64,000 nt of DNA from Octopus vulgaris (taxonomy: Eukaryota), in the NCBI GenBank assembly GCA_951406725.2, contig OX597815.1, positions 12,958,001 through 13,022,000 of the forward strand, in the 5' to 3' direction. The notes below the pieces were generated by a model. That model was given only the letters and a program-made list of their open reading frames with translations, was not told the origin of the DNA and made no database searches. Shown piece after piece: positions 54,262 to 64,000 of the stretch. Position 1 is the stretch's first letter. Each line of letters begins with the position of its first letter. The position numbers and the translations under genes were made by a program.

Positions 54262-55424
54262 ACTAATTACTGGAAAGTACGCTAACTAAATCAAGTACAA
54301 AATTTATTGCTTTCCAAGCAAACGTTACAGTTTGGAGAGCAACAATAATAACCTAGCTACCATTTCATGGCTGACTGTTATGTTTATGGTGTCATGAGAC
54401 TGAGTAACTAGTAATTGAATTGTGAAAAATTAATATTTCACCTTCCATTAATAACCAATAATTTTAATAGAAAAATATAAGCAATTTAATATCGCAATCA
54501 AGAACAAATATTTCTCTGATTCTGTTTGTGTCAAATTATATTTTTTCTCTCCTACGCTTTTTTTTGTTCTTCACACACACACACAGCACGCACGCACACA
54601 CATGCACACAGATACACACACGTACATTGCCCACTCACACATACACACATACGCACACTTAAACAATGGCACATGCATGTAAATATATACACGTTCTTTT
54701 TTGTTCACACTTAAGTATATTTTATGATATTTTATGTGATGAAATACGTTATCAATTAAATCCTATCAGCTATTTGGCATAATTATAGGAAACGATTTAA
54801 CTTTGTTTTTTTGCATATATTCCTATTCCATTCATTATTTTCTATAAATAGGTTAGCCTAACAGCCTAACGTATCAATCATAGGACAGAGAGAGTACGAG
54901 CGAGAGTGAGAGACAGGGACGTAAAAGATATGTGCATAATAGAGTTATACATACATACATATACATATAAATAGAATGTCCTTGAAATTGTCTCTACACT
55001 GGTGCTCATACATTCTTGTTCAACGTTTGCAGCACTGATAGCTCTGTCCTATCACTCAAATCAAGCACTTTTTTGCATAATCCATACAGAGTTTGCTTCG
55101 AGCGTGCTATATCCATACTTAACGACGAAATGCATTAGAACACTTGTAGTATGCCTCTCCAATACCACTTTACAAACTTCACAATTCAGAGGAACCTTCA
55201 ATATCTCTCTCTCTGGTTACAGGGTCACTCTCAATCGTATGCGATTGTTTGAAGTTATACTTCTGATGAAAATACTATCTTCGATTTCTTAAATGTTGGC
55301 AAATTCTGTTGGCTTCCACACAGCACAGAATGCAAACAATGCTAATATAGAATTTGAAACTTTATCTACGCTGAACTCTCTCCACCAAATAGGAACATCA
55401 CAACATCACCTCATCATCATCATT

Positions 55425-55672
55425 GTTCGACCGTGGTCGAGACTTTCCTTAGTCTTTTCAAATGGCTAATAATGTGTGCGCGCGCCACTACTACACACAT
55501 TGGAAAGCATTGTACAACCAAGTACTAAAGAAGATCTTTGCTTCTCCATGAATCAAAGCTGTTCCCGCTGGACGTCAACCCGGTATTACTAAGCTACGGA
55601 CCGAGTGATTTATTGTATGGTTATCTCCCTAGATAGATTGCCTTCACTACGGCTAAGGAGCCCTTTCTACCC
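55425..55672 (-). mobile_element. Possible short RTE-related non-autonomous element
   Basis: Minus strand CCTTAGCCGTAGTGAAGGCAATCTATCTAGGGAGA resembles RTE leader motifs and ends in a (TGA)n-like tail. Confidence 0.35.
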
Positions 55673-55864
55673 CACATCACCTCAACGTACCATATCAGCA
55701 ACACATATACGCACAACTCATTTGATGGATTTCTTTATTACCTGAAAAACTGTGATTCCTACGTAAGTGGTATTCTTCAGTTCTCACATTGTGAGCTCGG
55801 TAATTTAACATGAGCACCCATGGCCCAACAAAAAGTTCTAAATTAAAAACCTACAAGATAATAT

Positions 55865-56096
55865 CTATTCCTTACTACCCACAAGGGGTTAAACACAGAG
55901 GAGACAAACAAGTACAGACAAACGGATTAAGTCGATTATGTCGACCCCAGTGCGTAACTGGTACTTAAGTTATCAACCCCGAAAGGATGAAAGGCAAAGT
56001 CGACCTCGGTGGAATTTGAACTCAGAACGTAACGGCAGAAGAAATACGGCTACGCATTTCGCCCGGCGTGCTAACGTTTCTGCCAGCTCGCCGCCT
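55865..56096 (-). mobile_element. SINE A, well preserved
   Basis: Full-length match to other family A copies. Confidence 0.92.
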
Positions 56097-56554
56097 TATT
56101 AGGTAATATCAACAAAATAACCAACAAGATAATATCAATAGTTCTTGAAGTGATGTACCTATTTGGTTTATTTGCATATTTCGTGCGTGGAACAGAGAAC
56201 GTACAGCTTCTATTGTGGCAGATGTTATGAACACAATAATACAAATTTTGTTTAGAAAACTTCAAGCATTTTGTGTAGCTCCGTCCAGTATCAACGACCT
56301 CGCTCATATTTTCAGTTATTTAAAATGAATATCAACTTCAACAATGATTGACATTATCTTCGCTTTTCTATAGATTTCCACATTTGGCATATTTCATTAT
56401 TTTCCACCTCTGGGCATATTTCATACATGTCAAAATTTTTCCAACCGTCCTTGACTATTCAACATCAACTATACATAGCAGATGTGAAGTAACATGTCCG
56501 ACACGAATATGCCCGCCTGATAATGCCCTAGCGCCTTATCTGTTAGATTATAAA

Positions 56555-56555
<1 letters not shown>

Positions 56556-56600
<45 letters not shown>

Positions 56601-56642
56601 GCCACCATCACCACCACCAACACCACCACCACCACCACCACC

Positions 56643-56700
<58 letters not shown>

Positions 56701-56711
56701 TTATTATTATT
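56556..56711. repeat. Compound (CAT)n(CAC)n(TAC)n(TAT)n tract
   Basis: Direct observation. Confidence 0.96.
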
Positions 56712-56932
56712 GAGTGAGCGAGCAGAGCATGCCATCAAAGTGACACTGGGGTAAAATATACGAAGCCCAGTATACCCATCATGACTACCCGTCTGATAAG
56801 GGTACACCAGGCACATGCATCACAACCATATGTGCGCGACATGGTGATCTCATATCAAGATATACTATTACTATTACTATTATTATTATTATTATATTAC
56901 TATTATATTATTATCTATTATTATTATTATTA

Positions 56933-56967
<35 letters not shown>

Positions 56968-58890
56968 GCCCTTGCACAGCTTTTAACTCTGGAGATATAC
57001 TACAGTGTCAGCTGTTCAATACCAGTAAACTAACATAACACCTCTTATTTTTCGAACAACTTCCGGAGTAATCATGCGGTTTCAAGCAGTGCTGTTTTCT
57101 GCAAGTGCTCCACCCTTATTGCAGCCCCTATTTGTTTCACGTACTTCTTCAGAAATTTGCTCGCTTTTCCTAGCGCTCCGTCAATTATTTGCTACCTTTT
57201 TTCATCGACCACCACTGCTTAACTTCCAAAGTTAACATGTCATATCTCTCGACTTTTCTTTCTTCCTTATAGAATACCTTGTTGTTAGCTGGGCATGCTA
57301 TATCTATGATCCGGAAAATCCTTTGTATTTCTTTGTATTTCTAGTTTCGACGATGCTTTCAGGTTTGTGGTCGTACCAAAATTTTGCTCTGTGAACTGCA
57401 TAGTTCTTGCAAACTGTCCAATGCATAAACCTTGCTATATTGTCATGGCGTCTCTTATATTCCTTCTGAACTAGTGGCGTACATTGGCTGGTAATATGTC
57501 ATATGGTTTCACCGTGTTGTCCACAGATTCTACACTTACCACTTTCTGTTGTGTTGCCTATTCTGTATTATATGTAGTTTGTTCTTAGTGCTTGCTCTTG
57601 GGCAGCACAGATTAGAGCCTCATTTTCCGGTTTCAAATCACTTTTGATCATCCACAGCCATCTTATTTCTCTGTCTGCTTTGTCTTCAACATCTCTATGA
57701 AATTATCCATGCATTCTTTTCTTTACCCACCTATTTTCAGTTTCATTCGTTTTTATCCTACACAAGATTGACCTTCTTCCAATAATACCATGCTATGCTG
57801 TTTTTTTCTGCTCTAATGCTGAGTTCGCATCCAATAGGTCCTCTTTCCCTTCTTTTTCTTTGTCATTTTTTGGGTAGAGGGGCCCATAACTAGTTCCTTG
57901 TCTTTCTGTCTAAGGTGTTTAGTTCGTCCACTGTCCATGCGATTACCCCTGCTCCATATCTAAGGAGTGAAACTCCCCAGGTGTTGCTGGCTTCAATCAG
58001 ATTCTGTCTATTTAATTTCGACTTAAGTATCAGTCTCAGTCTGCGCAAGTACTCCACCTTAAATTTGTCTGTCATTTCTTTCTCAATCAAATTGTTCATT
58101 TCCAAATTACCCAAGTACTTACAGCCCGTCTCTTCTATCTGCTTCATAGCTTCCCCCGACGATATATTTAGCCCGTCCATACGTTTCATTTTGCTTCTCT
58201 TCAAGATTAACACACCACACTTTCTCAGTCTGAACACCATTCTGATATAAGCATTGAAGGTATACGCCGTATAAATGAAGGAACTGACTTGGGATTCATA
58301 TTTACCATAAATTTTGAGGTCATTCGTAATTAACAAATGGTTGACTTTTTGTTGGTGGCTTTTGAATACATACCCAGCCTTTGCTTTCCTCAGAATCAGT
58401 GTTAGTGATATCATGCACAGTACAAAGATCAGTGTGGACAGACAGTTCCCTTGGAAGATGCCCCGCCTAATTTCTACTTTCCCTAAACTTTTCCCGTATG
58501 CTGTCTGGTCCGTCCTCCAACCGAATCAGTGTTAGTGATATCATGCACAGTACAAAGATCAGTGTGGACAGACAGTTCCCTTGGAAGATGCCCCGCCTAA
58601 TTTCTACTTTCCCTAAACTTTTCCCGTATGCTGTCTGGTCCGTCCTCCAACCCGCCATAATTTCCCATGTAATCGCCCAACATTCGATGCACTCCCAAAC
58701 AGGTTCGTACACTCCATAATCCAAGAATGTGGGATCAAATCTAACACCTTACCATATTCGATCCATGTCATGGCTAAGTTACTTTTCCTCCTCTTGCGGT
58801 CTCTAAGTACAGTTTTGTCTATCAGGAGTTGATCCTTGGTACCTCTGTACTTACGCTTGCACCCCTTCTACTCATGTGGCAGGTCACCAT
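56968..58890 (-). mobile_element. Decayed R4/Dong-like LINE (RT, zinc knuckle, RLE, 3' UTR) ending in (TAA)n
   Basis: IRRGIFQGNCLSTLIFVLCM; VNHLLITNDLK; CKYLG; ETEALICAAQEQALRT; CRICG..GETICHI.SQC..L.QKEYKRRHDNIAR. The TAA tail occupies 56864-56967. Confidence 0.92.
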
Positions 58891-58996
58891 TTTTTCCACA
58901 TATTCGTACATTCACACATATAAGTATATCAATATATATATGTATATATATATATATATATGTATATACATATATATCAATGATATATATATATAT

Positions 58997-59049
<53 letters not shown>

Positions 59050-59054
59050 TAAAA

Positions 59055-59085
<31 letters not shown>

Positions 59086-59161
59086 TATGATAAATATGCT
59101 AAGAAAACAAAAGACTGATAGATACCTCGATATTATGTAAATAGAGGAATTATCTTTAATT

Positions 59162-59329
59162 GTAATATGTGACAATTATTCGGGAGCCATGATAAAACTC
59201 CGAGTTTTGGATGTCGGTGTGGAAATCCACGAAGCCATCGGATAACTGAAGACATGGCGGCGTGGATTTCCACCCCGAAATCAGAAATTCGAGTCTTATC
59301 ATGGCTCCCGAATAATTGTCACATATTAC
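59162..59329. mobile_element. Fold-back element containing a hammerhead motif
   Basis: Arms 59162-59238 / 59254-59329. 59241-59300 reads gataa CTGAAGA catgg...ca GAAAT TCGA GTC ttatc. Confidence 0.8.
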
Positions 59330-59335
59330 TTTTAC

Positions 59336-59388
<53 letters not shown>

Positions 59389-59505
59389 TTAAAAATTGGA
59401 TAAAATCTTCATAAGAATTTATCAAGTAGATAGCGTGAAAAATTTCATAAGAGTAAAAAACAACCATTAATTTTAATTTCCTTTAATTTTATTTATTTAT
59501 ATTAT

Positions 59506-59802
<297 letters not shown>

Positions 59803-60020
59803 AAATATTAGGGAATAAATCCAAAATTACAGGGAAAAATCAGATTTAGGATTAAATCCAATTTTATAGTAATATAAATATATTATATTATATTATATTA
59901 AATTAGAGATAAAACCACTATTAGGTAAATCAAACAATGAAAAACATAATCCAATACATAAAATTAATTAATTTATATTATTTTAAATATATATCAAAAG
60001 TATTAAAAGTTTAATACAGG

Positions 60021-60071
<51 letters not shown>

Positions 60072-60078
60072 CATATAC

Positions 60079-60141
<63 letters not shown>

Positions 60142-60776
60142 TATACTCATGCTCGTATATATTTATGTATATGTATATATACATGTATGCATTTATGTGT
60201 ATGTGAGTGTTTGAGTTACAATCAAATATTATGAGGGACGATAATGTGGTAATATGATGCGGGATTTTACATGGCAGTTCGTATCAGAGCTGATGGCTTG
60301 TAGTTGATGCTATAAAATCTGGATTAAGTCACAATATCGCATCCTCTCCTGATGTATGAGCTGATTATTTGTACTGTAAAGTGATACCTCCTGCTGTTTT
60401 TACTCTTTTCGTTCTTGCTCCCAAAAATGTCATTGTAATATTTGTTCCCATTTACATCAGGAAGATATAAACTTGAGATATGTGTGTTCATGCACTTTTC
60501 CATTTCGGCAATGATGATTTTGTTATATATTTGCATAGCGGAGAAAAAATATATTGACCTATTTAAACAGTTCATGGTATTTCTGCTAGTTTTGCAAAAC
60601 AATGAAGAGGCAATGAAGAATTAAGAAGAATATATGAATCTCGACAAACGGTTATGTAAGCCAGCTAGAAATTTCCTTAAAAGCTCGTATGCTATATCAA
60701 CCATAAAATGCTATATAATTTTGTTATATTTCTTAGTACTGTCATTCTCTTTATACATATATATATATATATTAAT

Positions 60777-61160
60777 GTGAATGCGCAATGGCCCAGTGGT
60801 TAGGGCAGCAGACTCGAGGTCATAGGATGGCGGTTTCGATTCCCAGACCGGGCGTTGTGAGTGTTTATTGAGCGAAAACACCTAAAGCTCCACGAGGCTC
60901 CGGCAGGGGATGGTGGTGATCCCTGCTGTACTCTTCCACCACAACTTTCTCTCACTCTTACTTCCTGTTTCTATTGTACCTGTATTTCAAGGGTTCGGCC
61001 TTGTCACTCTCTGTGTCACGCTGAATATCCCCGAGAACTACGTTAAGGGTGCACGTGTCTGTGGAGTGCTCAGCCACTTACACGTTAATTTCACGAGCAG
61101 GCTGTTCCGTTGATTCGGATCAACCGGAACCCTCATCGTCGTAACCGACGGAGTGCTTCC
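60777..61160 (+). mobile_element. SINE C (tail type 3)
   Basis: tRNA-like head GCGCAATGGCCCAGTGGTTAGGGCAG...GGTTTCGATTCCC. Matches 63115-63492. Confidence 0.9.
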
Positions 61161-61994
61161 ATCCATATATTAATACAAGAAAACTAAAAAAAACCTATTG
61201 TAGATAATTTGTGGACACTTTTATTTGTATCAAAATAAGAAGAAATAAATTTTGAATGAACATAAATTAACATAAAAATAAAAAGTGCCTACACACGTTT
61301 CAATCTAGTCGCTAGATAATCAATACTTCGGATCCGCAGGAATCGATCCTTATTAAGAGTTTCACTGTAAAAAATAACACAATGTGACCAGAAATTTTGA
61401 GCGCATCGTCGTGCATAATGTTAATGCTTACATATTTTTTCACAGCAATTCAACTTGGTGGTAAAACATACGAGATAAGATACAAGATAAGATTGATGAG
61501 GACCACCTATTCTGATGTTAAGTGTCTAAGTAATGCAAACATTAAGTTGTTAGAAAGGTAAGAGAGTACGTCGTGGGGGTAATGGGATTAGTATTAGCTA
61601 ATCAAACCTTTCTAAAAAGCTATTAGGGATTTGAGAAATAGACGATTATATGTTTTGAGGGACATTATGTAATCATTTAAGAAAATGCGAAGACGGTTCG
61701 GGGCTATGAGGGACAGTATGTAATATATTGTGAAGATGTTATGTAAATACATTGAATTAAAGAAAAGAAAATGGAGAGATAAGAAATAGGGAGAGATAAG
61801 AAAAATTAACAAAATGTAAATATAAAGAGAAATAAATTTGCTGGGGGAAAGAATAACGAAATGGAAATTTTATTTAATTGGAAGAAGCTAGAAAAAGTAA
61901 TAACTGATTAGGGGTGTGTGATGTAACAAAAATATGAAAAATATAAAATATATATGTAATATAAAATATATATGTAATATAAAATATATATATA

Positions 61995-62397
61995 GGCGCA
62001 GAAGTGGCTGTGTGGTAAGTAGCTTGCTAACCAATCACATGGTTCCGGATTCAGTCCCACTGCATGGCATCTTGGGCAAGTGTCTTCTGCTATAGCCCCG
62101 GGCTGACCAATGCCTTGTGAGTGGATTTGGTAGACGGAAACTAAAAGAAGCCTGTCGTATATATGTATGTATTATGTGTGTGTTTGTGTGTCTGTGTTTG
62201 TCCCCCTAGCATTGCTTGACAACCGATGCTGGTGTGATTACGTCCCCGTCACTTAGCGGTTCGGCAAAAAAGAGACCGATAGAACAAGTACTGGGCTTAC
62301 AAAGAATAAGTCTCGGCGTCGATTTGCTCGACTAAAGGCGGTGCTCCAGCATGGCCGCAGTCAAATGACTGAAACAAGTAAAAGAGTAAAAGAGAGT
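61995..62397 (+). mobile_element. SINE B, full length
   Basis: GGCGCAGAAGTGGCTGTGTGG head through the GTAAAAGAG tail. Confidence 0.92.
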
Positions 62398-62619
62398 AAT
62401 TTTTAATCTTTTAAATTTATGGCTAAGAAGGATTAACCTATATTGTATACTTAGGTAATTCTAAAGTAGGGAATTAATTAAGGTTTACACGTAAAGAGGC
62501 TTCTATCTACACTAGGTAAGCTCAATTAATTATGGAGAATATATAGGTAAAATAAAATTTAGAGATATAAATTTCTTTCGATTATGAGACAAATTTTCGT
62601 TACTTATTCTAAAGAGAGT

Positions 62620-62636
62620 TTATTGTTGTCGTTATT

Positions 62637-62690
<54 letters not shown>

Positions 62691-62766
62691 GTTATTATTA
62701 TTATTGTTATTATCATTATTATTATTGTTATTATTATTGTTATTAATATCATCATCATCATCATCA

Positions 62767-62817
<51 letters not shown>
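62620..62817. repeat. (TTA)n/(TCA)n microsatellite
   Basis: Direct observation. Confidence 0.97.
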
Positions 62818-62818
<1 letters not shown>

Positions 62819-63114
62819 GTAGCATTTCAATGCAGTGACAGATACATTGAATTATGCAGAAAAACTATTAGATGGATAAAAAAAATATATCATACTTACT
62901 CCTATGAGGAATTTATAAATTTATGGATGATAAAGGGAATATATTAAGTAGATTTATTAAAAAGATCCTTACTTATTCTAAAATAAATGTTATATTCAAG
63001 AACAATGGGTTATGTCCCATTGTTTATCTGGTGGGGGGGGGTGAATTACGATTAATTGACAGATGAAAAAAATTTTGAAAGCGGTGTGTGGGAACTATAA
63101 GTATAAATTGTGTC

Positions 63115-63492
63115 GTGGCACTCCGTCGGTTACGACGACCAGTGTTCCAGTTGATCCGATGAACGGAACAGCCTGCTTTTGCAATTAATGGGCAAGTGTT
63201 TGAGCACTCCGCAGACACGTGTACCTTTAACATAGTTCTCAGGGAGATTCTGCGTGACACAGTTTGTGAAAAGGCTGGCCTTTTGAAATACAGGTGCAAC
63301 AGAAACAGGAAAAAAGAGTGAGAGAACATTATGGTGAAAGAGTACAGGATTCGCCACCACCCACTGCCGGATCCTCGTGTAACGTCGGGTGTTCTCGCTC
63401 AATAAATACTAACAACGCCCGCCCTAGGAATCGAAACCGCGATTTAACGACCACGAGTCTGCTACCATAACCACTGGACCATTGTGCCTCCA
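63115..63492 (-). mobile_element. SINE C (tail type 3)
   Basis: Reverse complement of 60777-61160. Confidence 0.88.
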
Positions 63493-63496
63493 CTAA

Positions 63497-63800
63497 AGGA
63501 GCATTCCCTCAGTTAAGACGATGTGAGTCCCAGGTGATACGATCGATGGAACAGTCTGCTCGTGAAATTAACGTGCAAGTGGCTGAGCATTCCACAGACA
63601 CATGTACCTTTAACGTAGTTCTCAGGGAGATTCAGCGTGACACAGAGTGTGACAAGGATAGCCCTATGAAATACAGCTACTACTCCTTTTTGCCAGCTGA
63701 GTGAACTGGAGCAAGCGAAATAAGGTGTCTTGGTCAAGGACACAACACGTCACCCGGAACTGAACTCACGACGTTACGATCGTTAGCCACGCGCCTTCAC
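63497..63800 (-). mobile_element. SINE with family D head/body and SINE C type-3 tail
   Basis: 5' part matches 49290-49380 and 3' part matches 60980-61160. Confidence 0.82.
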
Positions 63801-64000
63801 ATAAATTATGTGTATGGTATAGATGTATGTATACATGTAATTTTATGTACATATGTGAGTGAACTTATAATATTTAGATGCAGGTTGAGTCTCAAATATT
63901 ACTGATGTCATGGTATAAGTATATAATCCAAAAAAATAAGACGATGGTAAAAATATGATTAATAGTAGAATGTAGTGGTGATAAAAGAAATATCTTCAAA

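Noticed and set aside
60777-60850. tRNA-like SINE heads (also families A, B, D) as tRNA genes
   Set aside because: They lack a complete cloverleaf and continue into repeated SINE bodies.
61285-61420. Minus-strand GAAAC-GTGT-GTA half motif (similar weak cases near 6150, 43065 and 51690)
   Set aside because: The CTGAnGA half or the stem pairing is missing, so these are too degenerate to call as hammerheads.

Overview
This is a very AT-rich, microsatellite-dense eukaryotic window with no host protein-coding exon that I can support. Its SINE families and (TA)n/(GATA)n/(TAA)n load resemble an octopod cephalopod genome (inference). Most ORF-track entries are translations of simple repeats or SINEs. 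Recognisable content includes decayed non-LTR retrotransposons (R4/Dong-like, HERO/NeSL-like, CR1/L2-like, RTE-like, Penelope-like), two Tc1/mariner relics, a hAT MITE, at least four tRNA-derived SINE groups and a half tRNA-Glu gene. The most striking structure is about 15 minimal type-I hammerhead ribozyme motifs (CTGAnGA...GAAAC-palindrome-GTH). They sit in short (TA)n-anchored elements, many folded into inverted repeats with a consistent outward-facing polarity. This fits the known Penelope pLTR/hammerhead system, but the density, family diversity and fold-back geometry merit study. Coordinates were read by eye and may be off by a few bases.
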